From Chrysomallon squamiferum (lineage: Eukaryota; Animalia; Mollusca): a stretch of DNA of 64,000 nucleotides. The stretch lies in assembly GCA_012295275.1 (NCBI GenBank), contig CM022669.1:15376001-15440000 (forward strand), read 5' to 3'. Shown here one piece after another: positions 1-12,588 of the stretch. The notes under the pieces were generated by a model that worked only from the letters and a program-made list of their open reading frames with translations, did not search any database and was not told where the DNA came from. The first letter of the stretch is position 1; each line of letters starts with the position of its first letter. The position numbers were made by a program, and so were the translations under genes.

Positions 1-3000
1 AGCTTTCAAACTCTCCAGAAACCAATACTTTATTTCCCTATCTACCATATGCACAGTAATGATGGCAGAATTAAGCAGAATATTCGGACACATCTTGTAA
101 GAATTTATGCATATCATAATTTGTAGGAATTCAAATGACCAACACATTTTAAAACGAATGAAATTGGTATTAGATGTAAATACCTTTAATTGTGCTTCAA
201 TTACCTTATTTATGCAATGGGTACAATGACGTTATTTTACTCGGTGCAGAAGGAAATGTGAACAATTTTCTCATAAAAGATATATTTTTATTGTTCAATA
301 AATTTGTTTTGGTCTGGACATATTCATTTCATACATAAATTTTTTGGGCCAATTTTTCATTTTTATTTAAAACTAAACTGCATTTTATAATTAGAAAAAT
401 AAACTAGAAAAAACACCCCACCTCATCATAAAAAAAGTCCATTAAAAACAACAAAATAAGAAAAAAAAGTCCACATTTTAATTATATATTACTATATCAA
501 AATGTCATTAATATTGTTTACAAAACATTTTGAATTTCTAACTATGATGAAAATTAAACGTCAGTGAGGTCAAATGAATTTATCACTGTGTCTGGACAAT
601 TTTAAGATAAAAAAAGGAAAACAGAAACAAATAAAAACAAAACAACCAAAGGCGAAAGAAGAGACATAAAATTTTATTTTCAACAATTATACTTTCACAT
701 ATATATCCCACGAGTACCACAATAAATTAATTTTAAGATACAAAAAGCTCTTGTTAAAAAAAAAAAATTAATAAAAAAAAATACATAATAATAATTATTT
801 AATACTTTTTAAAATACAACTGCAAACTATTCTTGAAACAAGAGTAGACATATATGTATTAGACAAAGCAGGTACACTATCAAGGGCAGACAATCCTTCA
901 GTTCATTTATGACCAAAATATTTTCAGTTATTTTGAAGTGCATTATATATGTATATATGCAAGTAGATTTTCTTTTCCCCGTATGCATGTACAAATATTG
1001 ATCAAAACACTTGAAATGAACCTCTTCTATCATAGGGGATAGTAATTTTCTGTATTGGTAAAACTTGCTGATTGATTGAATAACTCTGAACCTCTCCTTA
1101 ATCTGCCCTGCATTGTCAGTATGCATTGTTAGTAAGGAACAAAACACATAGTTTAACTTGTTTGAGCGTTTTCAGTCAGTATTACAAATAAACCAGAGTT
1201 ACATCAAACGATACAATTCATGCCAGTATTATTTGGTAAAATGGAAAACACTGAATCTATTTTTTTTTTTTTTTTTAAATTTTTCTGAACAAAACTAACT
1301 GAATATTGCTTAATTTATACTTAAAGACCAGACAAGAAGGTGCTTTAAAAATTCTTAAATATAGGTACACACAAACCAAACTAATTAAAAAGCAAAAATC
1401 TTAAAAATGGAATTAATTATTTTTTCCCCATTTATATTAGTAATAAAAACCCATATCTTCACTTCTGTTCTATGATAACCTGGCATTAATGACAAAACTT
1501 ACTTCCTTGATATTATAGACTTTAATTATCATTGTTATCTTTTAATTATTTGTTTGTTGTTACAGACATCTTTAGGAATTCGATGAATTACAATTAAGAA
1601 GAAAATTACATTTTCTTATGCTCTGAAAACAGATAAAAATAACAGATGTGAGGTTTATAACCCATTCTTTTTCTTCAGTAGTAAAAACAGTCAACAGGTA
1701 CAGATACATTTAAACACTTGAAATGATTAACATTATGAGATTATGTACAACAAGTAATCATAACCAAAACACCAACATTTTATAATTTCTGGTGTCCTCA
1801 AAAGATTTAGGGCCATCAACAAGATCATAATATAATTCACAAATGTCATAAATCAACCCTTCAAAAAAAAAAAAAAAAAAAAAAAAATTCAATTTAAAAA
1901 TCCTGCACATCTCTTTAATCCTTTTAATTTGCAAAATAAATTAATTTTCAATTACTGAAAACAATGGGTTTTTTAAATACCATTTTGTTAGCAATCAGCA
2001 TTACATATTTTAATTTTTTTAATTTTTTTTTTTATAAAACAGTAAAATTAAAGAGGGGTTCATCAATTACAGATATTTAAAATGAAAATTAAAAAATGAG
2101 TTAGATTAGAAAACCTAACATCCTAAATACATGAAAAAATTCTGTTTTCTGATCTTTATATTATCAAATATCCCTAAATATATCCTAGTTTTTTTCTCCT
2201 AAAGATTGTAAATAATTCCTGAGATTAAAATTTAGCTACATCTTATTAATTTCTGTCATTAATCATTGAAAACCAAGAACCATAAAAAAAATAATTAATC
2301 ATTTACAAAACAGTCAACCCGTATTAGCATTTTAAAGAAATCCACTCTATAAACTATAACAATGGCCATATTCCCTAAGACTGAAATATTTTATTCTATA
2401 CAAAGCAGTCACTCTTAATATAGTAATTCTTTACCACTGATGTCAGATATAGAGCAAAGTTGTTTTTTCTTTTTTTTTTAGAAAAACCACAGGCATTAAT
2501 TAAAACTACACTGAAGAACAGTCAAAAGGTACATGTTCTCCTTTAGCAAAAAGTTTTAAATTAAAAATTCAATAATAATAATAATAATAATTAAAAAAAA
2601 AAAAAAAAAAAAGAAGAAATCTCCTGATAGTTGTAATTCGGATGGCACTTGAATATTATGCTGTTTCAGATGTTTTTATTAAATCGCTTCTGATAATCAG
2701 CTTGAAACTACTACTACTATTTTTATTTCTTAAATCCATCTTTTTATTCAGCACAGTTAATTTTCATTCATTTATTATTCTCTGATGTTTTCGGTCAATA
2801 TTAATGATGACAATAATGTCAGAATTATGAAATGATTCGTAACAGTATGTTAACTGTCGACATTAATCAGCTAACTATTGCTATATGGCTATATTTGACT
2901 AGCTAATCACAAGTGTGCGATGCATTAGCATACGTGTATATAATTCAGGAAAACTGCGTGTGTGTAATGTATGTGCATGTATGTGTGTGTGTGTGTTTAT

Positions 3001-3519
3001 ATATGTGTGTATATATATATATATATATGCATGAATGAAGTAAACTGTTATGGTATTATGTTATACATTAGAAAGCATTAGTTAATATTTTCTGGATATT
3101 ATTAAATATAATTTGGTATTCCTTTTTGCCTCAAAACAAATTACATTTTATAAGCTAATATTTTCTGCACCGAGTATCAGCAACATTATATATATATATA
3201 TCAGTACCACACAGAAACAATATATATATACATACACAAATATTTAGAGGTAATGGAAATACTGATTCAGGTGAAACTTATTACTTTATAAAATATGATT
3301 TCAGTTAAAATTTTAACACGAAGTTTAATTCTACAAGGAACTTTACACAGAGATAATCAAACAATTTAACATCACTATTAAGGGAAACAGATGTGTACAT
3401 ATAAGCTTAAACTGTGCCAACAACAAAACCTGCCTTTTTAATTTTAGATTTTTGTTTTTACTTTTTATGTTGGTTTTTTTTCTCTTGTTTTTTCAAGTGC
3501 CACATTAAAGTTTTAAGAT

Positions 3520-3711
3520 TCAGGAAACAGCATCTGAAGCCAGTTTGCTGGTAACAATTGATGGCTTCCGAATGTGAAGATTATCTGCTGTTGGAATTGT
3601 CTCACCGATTGATTCCTGTAAGTAGAGTTTTTCATTGGCAGCAAGTGGCAACTTCGGGTTGTTCATTTTAGCCTTTGCCATGTTGTAGTCACCAGAGTCG
3701 AAGTATTTGGG
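3520..3711 (-). CDS. ENSA: Alpha-endosulfine/ARPP-19, terminal coding exon ([16 protein letters not shown]...[18 protein letters not shown])
   Basis: Contains the hallmark [10 protein letters not shown] Greatwall/MASTL phosphorylation motif and the C-terminal RKPS PKA site. AAG acceptor, TGA at 3522-3520. Spliced CDS is 131 aa. Confidence 0.96.
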   Translation of the reverse strand, partial: PKYFDSGDYNMAKAKMNNPKLPLAANEKLYLQESIGETIPTADNLHIRKPSIVTSKLASDAVS

Positions 3712-4064
3712 CTTTATAAATAAAATATTTATTTGTATTTTAATAGGATTTAGACACAAATATCTGATATGTAGATAATTTATTTCTTAGAGCCAAGAGT
3801 GATAAATTTCTTTTGTTAGAAGTTTAACATGAAGGCAAATAACTGTTTCAAATCTTGTAAATAATAATAATAATAATAAAAAAATTAAAATCTGAAAAAG
3901 TAATTTATCAATCACTTACTCTGTAGTATACTTTTAATTTTAATATTATATTCAAAATAAAACACTAAACAACCAAATAAACTGCAAACATTTAAACTAC
4001 ATTAGAAAAATAAATAAAGAAAATTATATTTAATTTTAATAATACTTTAATTATCAAATCCTAC

Positions 4065-4184
4065 CCCTTTAGCCAGCCGTTTGTGAAGCAATGCATGTCC
4101 CCCAGATTTTGCACCCTTCAGCATTGGGTACTTTGCCTTCAGTTTAGCTTCTTCATTCTTCTCGACTTCTACCTTTGGTGGTTC
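4065..4184 (-). CDS. ENSA: Alpha-endosulfine/ARPP-19, coding exon 2 (EPPKVEVEKNEEAKLKAKYPMLKGAKSGGHALLHKRLAKG)
   Basis: Manual translation gives the family motif EEAKLKAKYP...GG...L.KRL.KG. TAG acceptor, GGG|GTAGG donor, 120 nt, phase 0/0. Confidence 0.95.
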
Positions 4185-5590
4185 CTAATAATAATAATAA
4201 TAATAGTAAGTTAATGTTCAGGAGGGAAATAACAATAAAAAAACTGGTATGAGTGGTTTCCCCAGCATTTGTGGAAAGGATGATGGGTATTGGTTAACTG
4301 GTGCAAGTTAAACAAAGGGATGGTACAGAAAATGTTCAAATTACTTGTTTGTCAAAAATACTCCTATAAATAACTGCATCAAATGCATTAATTATTAACA
4401 AGTTTACTTTATTTGCAATTAAATAGAATCAAAATATCTGTTGCCAGTGACTTTTGTCTGGTTGTTCTGTGAATTATATTCTTTACAAAATAATATACAT
4501 ACATACGTACATATTTCTATATATATTGTTTAGTAACCTTCTGCATGTATTATATATACATGCGTGTTTGTGTAAGATCGTTTTTATTGCTCTGAAAGTA
4601 AAATCGCCACGCAGTGTGATAATGAATATTTATGAGAATGTGACACTGAGTTGGCGATGCGCTGTCAATAATAATTATTTTTATACTGTGTGGATCAAAC
4701 ACATATCTGTTTTTGATAAGATTTTAAAAAGTTACTTATCTATCTTTATACAGTTGCATGTCAAAAAATGTGTAGCAATCAATGTAATTCATGATCAATA
4801 ATTTAGCAATGCAGTACCTGCTACAGTAGCCTTCATTACACAGGCATCCTGAGTAGCAGCAAATTTCAGAGGAAATGAATTGTGTCCCTTCGAAATGCCA
4901 GAGGGGGTAATTTGTAAATATGACAGTTGCCACTTTGAATTGCATCTATTTTGCTTAAGGACAAGACACCAAAAGTGCACCAACTCTTATAGTATGTAAC
5001 AATACCTCTAGGTATGCTTATTTCCTTGTAAATAGTAATAGTATCATAAAGCAACTCTTGAAGATACATGTTAATGTTAATTAAAGCTACAAATTCTTCA
5101 TTTTAAAATTTAATTTTATTTATTTTTATTATTTGGTTGTTTGTTTTTCAGCATTTGAATATATATATACTGACACATGTATATTTAACATTCCTGTCAG
5201 TACAAACACCGAAACTACCATGAACATATCTTTTTAATTTTGGGTAAAAATTGTTAAAAAACAAAAAAAATGTCACCGAGTTTATGGCATCTTAATAGAA
5301 AATTCGATGGGTCTATTGAGTATCACTATATAAAACAGTTCTAATAGTAAAAGTATGTATTGACACAGACATATGTTTGTTTTTTCACTTACTCAGAAAC
5401 TGTTAAAACAGTGTTGTTATAATGATTAAAAATAATAATAAAATCCCATATAATACACTTGGACAAGATTATAATCAATAATATATGATTACAAAATTTA
5501 ATCTGCCTGTCATTTACCAAAGTTGTGTCCCTTTAATCAGTAATCTGGCAATCATGTAATGTTAGTTATTACACGATTTTAACTTCTTAC

Positions 5591-5674
5591 CTGTGATGTA
5601 TCATTATTACTTTCGTCTGGACCATCTTCTGGAATGGATTCTGGAGTAAAACTGCGGACATCATCCGTAGACAT
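5591..5674 (-). CDS. ENSA: Alpha-endosulfine/ARPP-19, coding exon 1 (MSTDDVRSFTPESIPEDGPDESNNDTSQ)
   Basis: ATG at 5674-5672, then 28 open codons ending at a strong CAG|GTAAG donor (phase 0), in frame with exon 2. The acidic low-complexity N-terminus is typical of endosulfines but poorly conserved. Confidence 0.8.
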
Positions 5675-5840
5675 TGTATAAATGATAAATAAATAAGTAA
5701 AATACTTATTTCTTATCCTTTCTATGTTTTGGCTCCTACAAGCAAATGATTTTTTTTTTTTTTCAAGGAAATGACGTCAAACCGCAACCATACTAGTTTC
5801 TCATTTACAAGTGTTGATTGCTTCAACACAGAAAAAGTAG

Positions 5841-5851
5841 TCTTCTTCTTC

Positions 5852-5899
<48 letters not shown>

Positions 5900-5917
5900 T
5901 TCTTCTTCTTCTTCTTC
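5841..5917. repeat. Compound trinucleotide microsatellite (CTT)n(CAT)n(CTT)n
   Basis: Directly visible between ENSA and PIGO. An (AAT)n tract follows at ~6102-6143. Confidence 0.9.
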
Positions 5918-6099
5918 TACATTATTCGAAAACAAGAACAAAAACAACAGTTTTCAGCTAAAAAATTGCAAAATTTCAAATTTTATTTTTCTAAGATAAT
6001 ATTTTAATTTTAGCAGTATACATATATTTTTTTTATTTAAAAGATAAAATCAATGACAGTATCATCCTCTACGACGACGCCACAGCCTTCATTGTGAGT

Positions 6100-6144
<45 letters not shown>

Positions 6145-6329
6145 CTTGACGCTGCTGATAGTATTTGAAGAATTACATAATAATACCATTTTAAAACCTG
6201 TTAATCTATTAAAATTACAAAATAATTAGATAGAGGATAAATATCTCAGCCCAAACTGGTAACTAATTTTCTTTCTTCACACCTTGACTATAAAACGATT
6301 TATTCAGAATACCCGCTTTTATTCAATTT

Positions 6330-6370
6330 ATTATGGACGGAATATTCTATTTATCGACAATGAATTAAAT

Positions 6371-6402
<32 letters not shown>

Positions 6403-6439
6403 TTAACATATTTCAAATTATGGTGTGTACGTGATATGT
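6330..6439 (+). repeat. ~100-bp dispersed repeat, copy 1 (copy 2 at ~11665-11762 in PIGO intron 5)
   Basis: Both copies read ATTATGGACGGAATATT...TTTATCGACAAT.AATTAAATAT...(TATT)n..TTAACATATTTCAAAT.ATGGTGTGTA.GTGAT.TGT. Confidence 0.85.
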
Positions 6440-6664
6440 TTTGTATCCATTCAGATTTCAAGTAGTTTTGCACCAAGTAGTATTTTCTTTTTGTTTATTA
6501 TTGTTCTCAAATATTAGCCAATCACAAATTCAATATAATTTATTTCTGAAAATCAAAATGTCAGCGTCCATGATAAATAACATGACTTTGTAAATATTAA
6601 ACATTTTGCACACAAGCATCTGTATTTCGGGGGTGAACGAGCAGACCGAAACTTAACGAATAAA

Positions 6665-7422
6665 ATGACGCAGGGGATACGACTGTTTTCTCTGATTTGT
6701 TTGCTAGTGACTATTTATTTAACAGGTTCGCTTATTTTTATGAAAGGATTTCTTTTGATGCGAACAACCCTTAATGACACCAGTTCGTGTAACGTCGATT
6801 TCGCTGTACAGTCTGACGATCATGGCGAAGGAGGTTGTTGGATGCATATGCGCTTTAAAAAAGCGATCATAATTTTGATTGATGCACTGAAATATGAATT
6901 TGTTCAATATAATTCAAGTTTACGAAACAACACACCTCCGTATAAAAATAAATTCATTACGATTCACCAACTTTTAAGCAGATATCCACGTAATGCTAGA
7001 TTATACAAATTCATGGCTGATCCACCAACTACTACACTGCAGAGATTAAAAGGACTTACGACTGGAAGTCTTCCAACATTCATAGACATAGCATCAAATT
7101 TTGGCAGCCCAGAAATAGAAGAGGACAATATAATAGATCAGTTAGTGAATCATGGAAAACATATAACTTTTATTGGAGATGATGTGTGGATGGATTTATT
7201 TCCTAGACAGTTTTCTAAAACGTACCCAATACCCTCCTTCAATGTGAAAGACTTGCATGTTTGTGACAACAATGTTATAAAACACTTGATGCCACAGTTA
7301 AAAAAACGGAACTGGGATGTCATCATAGCACATCTTCTAGGTGTTGATCATTGTGGACACAGGTTCGGTCCGAATCACCCTGCCATGGCTCAAAAACTTA
7401 CTCAAATGGATGATTTGATAAG
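6665..7422 (+). CDS. PIGO: GPI ethanolamine phosphate transferase 3, exon 1
   Basis: N-terminal TM segment followed by alkaline-phosphatase-superfamily motifs IILIDAL, ADPPTTTLQRLKGLTTGSLPTFID and HLLGVDHCGHRFGPNHPAM. Donor AG|GTGTT at 7422/7423 (phase 2). Confidence 0.96.
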
Positions 7423-7979
7423 GTGTTCACTTACTGTTATATGTTATTGATATTCTGGAATATGCATTTGATGGAATGAATAATAACGCACACGCACATG
7501 CACACATGCATGTATGTACACACACACACTTTCACACTTCACATTAACACATACACATACACACAAACATGTCCACTACACACACACTGACATGTTAAAT
7601 AGTAAATTCTTTTCATATCTCAATACTCAATTAATGATAAAGATCAAACACAGACGTCCTCATTTTCAGTTCATTACAAATTATTCATAATGATAATCTT
7701 GTTCTTTTATTATTAACATTCTCCAATAATTTGTATTTTACTGTATAGTATTTTATTTTATTTTATTATATTTTTATTTTCAGTGTCAGAGACTCCTTTT
7801 GATATTTACAGACACCAGTTTGGAAAATGGTTACAGATCAAATAAAACCTATTATTAGAAAAACAAAAGCGCTAAATAATTAAGAAACCTAACAGAAAAC
7901 TATGAAAAATAATTGGATGTGGAAATATTCAATGATATAATTATAAACTATAATATTAACATTTGTTTTTCTCTCACAG

Positions 7980-8133
7980 GAATGTTACTCGGAGCATGAA
8001 GGATGACACAATACTGTTTGTGTTTGGGGATCATGGGATGACTGTAACAGGAGACCACGGTGGGGACAGTGAAGATGAACTTGAGGCTGGACTCTTCGTT
8101 TACAGCCCTACACAGATCACATCATCTGCCTTG
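7980..8133 (+). CDS. PIGO: PIGO exon 2 (NVTRSMKDDTILFVFGDHGMTVTGDHGGDSEDELEAGLFVYS...)
   Basis: Not in the ORF track. Manual translation shows the GDHGM..GDHGG metal-binding motif. CAG acceptor, TTG|GTATA donor, phases 2/0 consistent. Confidence 0.95.
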
Positions 8134-8920
8134 GTATAAATATATTTTATAAAATGATGTTTGTCAGTACAATATCGGTCAACAGTTTATTATCCAAAAA
8201 ACTGAAAACGTTCAACAACTGAATCCTTATTGTAGTTATTTTAAATTTATAATTTTATATATTATAACTTGTATTTAAAATGTTATTTTTTAAATATATA
8301 TATATATATGTTGTTTAATTTTTTTTTTTTTTTTTAATAAGTTTTATTGAATACTTTCAATACCAATAAACCTAGCACTGGTGGACTAGATATGGTCTAA
8401 GAGTATTTAATGGTTTAAATCATAACAGACCCATACATTCACACAACATGAACATTTCAGATAATGGTTAGTTGACATATGTATGTTACAGTAATATTTA
8501 TTAAAAGTTGCTGATGCTGGTAATAGAAATCTGATTGTAATAATAATTCTTTGAATACACGTAAGAAATGGTGATCATTATTAACAGTCTTGTTTATGAT
8601 CAAATCATCTGCCATTGTTATTTAGTTTCACATACATGAATACAAGATGCTCAATACCATTCTTACATAAACATGACAGTAACATTAATAAGACAATATC
8701 AGATTAAGATTTTGTTGCCTCCTGATATATTCATATAAAATTATTATTGTTTAAAAAATAACATTAACAATATCAGATAGACATTTAATCAATGTGCTTT
8801 GATCGTGATGGGATATGTCTCTGAAATGAGACATGAGGATGAATTATTTTTGTAATTTGGTCTGGTGATAGTACCACTCTCATGTATGATGTTTATAGTT
8901 TAGACATGTTGTTATTTCAG

Positions 8921-9073
8921 GGACCTGACAAAACAGTGGCTCAGACAGATCTTGTACCCACCCTGGCGTTACTCCTTGGCTTGCCCATTCCTTTCTCTAG
9001 TCTCGGGATGGCCATTTCAGACCTGTTTAATTACTGTCCTTGGTGGAAGACTGGCGACAGTGAAATAAAACAG
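8921..9073 (+). CDS. PIGO: PIGO exon 3 (GPDKTVAQTDLVPTLALLLGLPIPFSSLG...)
   Basis: Conserved Q.DLVPTLALLLGLPIPFS.LG motif. TTTCAG acceptor, CAG|GTTAA donor, 153 nt, phase 0/0. Confidence 0.95.
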
Positions 9074-9478
9074 GTTAAAAAGTCTCTTAGAAAAAACTTT
9101 TTTTTTTTAATAATGTCACTGTTTTATTCTGTGATAGTCGTAGTTGTCAAACATGCTATATGCTAATAAAAACAAATGTGTGCTTTGATAATCACAGTCA
9201 GTATCACTCTTGTTTATATCTGCTTCGGTACATGCATGGATAAAGCATCTATACTATGTACAGGTACATCCACAAACTCATTCTGTACAAGCTTCCACAT
9301 AAATATAAATATATAGACGCATACGTACACTTGCACAGGTAAATTTATATAAACACATAAACACCTACACACCTACACCTACACCCACACCCTTGCACAT
9401 ACATACACATATACAGCACATCAGTTTTAGAGAAACTTTTGTTACAACCTAATAATTGTCTCTGGTATTTTACTTCAG

Positions 9479-10837
9479 GTGTATCACACAATCAAAGCTC
9501 TTCGACTTAACGCCTACCAGATGAGCCAATACCTCACTCTTTACACCAACACATCGTCCGACTTCCCTCGCGACAGATTTAACGAGCAGGAAGACCTGTT
9601 GAAGAATTCGGAGAACGAACTTCAGAGGCTGCTCACTGCCATGATCGCCGAAGGAGCGACAGCCGGAGTTTTGGGGAGACTGAAACAGCTCCAGAGCCAC
9701 TACGAGAGATACATCACGGAAGTGAGAGAGGCGTGTCGCTCGGTGTGGGCAAAGTTCGACGTTTTGTCCATAGTGATCGGAATTCTCACTCTGACAGTGG
9801 GTCTGCTGTGTAATTTGTATTTTTACGTCACGAGAAACGTCAGTGATGACAAAATGACTGTCAGGACGTTAGTCGTCGTGCTGACATCTTTGGGTTACCT
9901 TCTGTACGCCATATCTCAGATGATTGTCGAGTTTTTCCATCCAGTTGTGCTGATCCAGTTCGGTTCAGTTGTCGTGCTCGTTTTGTGTGTGTTAGTGAAA
10001 CATTCGCTCTCATCATCATCATCATCAAAGGAAGAATCAGGATCTGAATCAAAAATCCTTCCGTCGTTGTTAGATATCTTCTCCATTCTCATCTGCTTGG
10101 CGTATTTCTGTAGCTTTTTCTCAAACAGTTTCGTGGTTTACGAGGACAGAGTGCTGTTGTTTCTGACGCAGACCATGGTCTGGCTTCACGGCCTGAAGTC
10201 CATTTGGAGAAACGTTTCCAGCAGCTCTTTGCAGTCTCGTCTGGACATCGCTGGCAAACAGAAGAAGTCCAGAGTGAAGTTCGACATCGGTGAAGTCCTC
10301 ACTCACCCTGCGGCAGTCTGTTTGCTGGCCACCATGATGTGCAGCTTGTGTCTCAAACTTACGACTAACTTCTTCGTCTGTCGAGAGGAACAGGTGAACT
10401 GCACATCCACGATATTCCTAGATCCTCTCTCGAACTTGTCAGGAGAGAATAAAGACCTCAGAAACATGAGATACTTTTTCAGTGTCGCCTGCCTAGCACT
10501 TTTCACCTACTGTCCTTACCTCTGGATGAAGCATTACGGGAATCTCAATTCTACGTCATTCGCTGTGCTGTGTTTTAAATATGGTTACCCATTTTCAGCT
10601 GTGTGTTGTGCCTTGTACTGGGCACTTCAGGGTCTCCCCCAGTTAATCTTTGATTCCCTGCCAGCATGGCAGCATGTGGTGTTACCTCAGCTACTGTATG
10701 GAACTCTTCTTATCTCAGTTATCTCCCTTGTGTTAGGACCTCTATGTGTGCTCAAATTAGCTTCAATTAAAAACAAGGCAACTTTTTATGGCACCAGTCT
10801 ACCTCAACTTATTCCACAAGTTTATAATCAGATAAAG
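9479..10837 (+). CDS. PIGO: PIGO exon 4 (large exon: end of lumenal domain and multiple TM helices)
   Basis: 453 open codons with LNAYQM..YL, CRSVWAKFD, FSNSFVVYE, CREEQ and YGNLN motifs. TTCAG acceptor, AAG|GTAAGT donor. Confidence 0.95.
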
Positions 10838-11239
10838 GTAAGTTTATTTTGTTTTGTTAGGTGCGTTTATAATTTATTGTCATACTTCATTATTAGTAAA
10901 GGTTTTTCTTTGGGATAAGTAAAGTTTTAATAATCTCTCGGTCTTGTCAAGAATATTTTTTTTTTGGTTAATATTTTTGTTACTGCTGTTATTGTTATTA
11001 ATGTTGATATTGATATTATTAATACTTTTATTATGTTCTTGTTATTCTTGTTAATATTAATTAATGTTTTTATCGATTAAAGTTACAATCACCTTAATAT
11101 AATTCTGATGTACATTTAAATTATTTAAATGGACATAAATTTTAAAATTTCTTCTATTTCATTTTTTATAATAATCTCTCTGCAATTTTTAAAATATGTT
11201 CTGAAAATATTATTTACTAAATTTTACTTCTAATTGTAG

Positions 11240-11459
11240 CTAGAGCTTCAGAAGGGCTCAGAAAAAAAAGACAAACCACCAACAATCTACGGTCTTGGTT
11301 CTGTTTACAGTGCCAGTGTGGTTCACATGGTAACAGCGGTGGGACTGTTTCTTGCATTGTTGCTAAGCGACAGATTCTCTCCTAGTCTTTTACTTGCCTT
11401 GCTGGCATGTTTTTTCTTCCTGGAAGTTTATTCTGCTGGTTCAGAAATACGAAATTCAG
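11240..11459 (+). CDS. PIGO: PIGO exon 5 (LELQKGSEKKDKPPTIYGLGSVYSAS...)
   Basis: Not in the ORF track. Contains the PIGO YGLGSVYS motif plus TM segments. TAG acceptor, CAG|GTTTC donor (phase 1) compatible with exon 6. Confidence 0.88.
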
Positions 11460-11918
11460 GTTTCATGATTTTATAATTGCTTTTTTCTTTTTCCTTTCTT
11501 TAGAAATTCAGTCTATTATAATTCTTAGCATATGCAATTAATTTTAATTAAAAAAAAAAATTGTTTCCTTGTGACAATTAAAATATATTTAATTATATTT
11601 AAATTTAAATTTTTGTTGATTTGTTAAAAGTTGTTATTTAGAAACAGCTAAAACAGAATTTCAAATTATGGACGGAATATTTTCTTTATCGACAATAAAT
11701 TAAATATCATTTATTTATTTATTTATTAACATATTTCAAATGATGGTGTGTATGTGATGTGTGTTACTTATAGACTGAAACACACACACACACAACACAC
11801 ACACATACACAAATATACTCACTGTCACATGCAGACATACACATTCACACACATACACACAAATACACTCTAATTTCTTTACTCTATTCACACACTAATT
11901 TCTTCACTTAATTCACAG

Positions 11919-12310
11919 ATGGCAGTGTTCTGGAGATATCATGGTCAGCTCTGGTCACTCATGGACTCATGATGTCCCTCTTATTCTTCACCACTGGACA
12001 CCAGGCCGTAATCCCATCCATTCGCTGGGAGTCGGCATTCACCGGTTTCCACGGTGATGTTGTCAACCATTACATCGCTGGATTCTTGGTGCTTAGTAAC
12101 ACGTACTCTGCCCACATATTCTTCACTCTGTTGTTTGCGCTGTATCTGTTTTGGCCATATCTGGAAGGAACTCTGTGTTCACACATGACTCACAAACGCA
12201 AGACTGGAATGTCGTGGAGAGGGGATTTCACAGCCTATGACGATGGGATCTCATTCAGGACTAACTTGTTCAGACTTGTTATTGGAGTTTTGCTGTTCTC
12301 TTCAATAAAA
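11919..12310 (+). CDS. PIGO: PIGO exon 6 (...FFTTGHQAVIPSIRWESAFTGF...)
   Basis: Conserved TGHQ....I.W..AF.G motif. CAG acceptor (phase 1), AAA|GTAAGT donor. Confidence 0.93.
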
Positions 12311-12373
12311 GTAAGTTTTTAATACACATATACACAAACACACACACATGCACATGCACATACATGTACCCAG

Positions 12374-12404
<31 letters not shown>

Positions 12405-12588
12405 TTCAAAAGCAATTGTTCTTCATGGATTTGTATTCATTTTGAAATGTCTGTACATGATGTCGGAGGATTGGCATTTTCCTTTGTTAGTCACTTAGTG
12501 TAAATTTCTAGTTACTAAGTTGGATAAAGGAATGTAAAACCTTTACATCGTTAAAACATTTTTTTTCTCTATAGTTTGATAGTTTGAT

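Larger units (their letters stand above)
5675..6664. promoter_or_regulatory. Divergent (probably bidirectional) promoter and 5'UTR interval between ENSA and PIGO
   Basis: About 990 bp separate the two outward-facing ATGs. It contains a CRE palindrome TGACGTCA (5772-5779) and a CCAAT box (AGCCAATCA, ~6517-6525). TSS positions cannot be determined from sequence. Confidence 0.55.

Noticed and set aside
827-1147. 106-aa minus-strand ORF
   Set aside because: Non-ATG start, AT-rich, no recognisable motif or splice context. It lies in the probable 3'UTR or downstream region of ENSA.
5081-5536. Possible TTAA-flanked MITE in ENSA intron 1 (TTAAAGCTACA ... TGTGTCCCTTTAA)
   Set aside because: The terminal inverted similarity is too short and mismatched to support without a family consensus.
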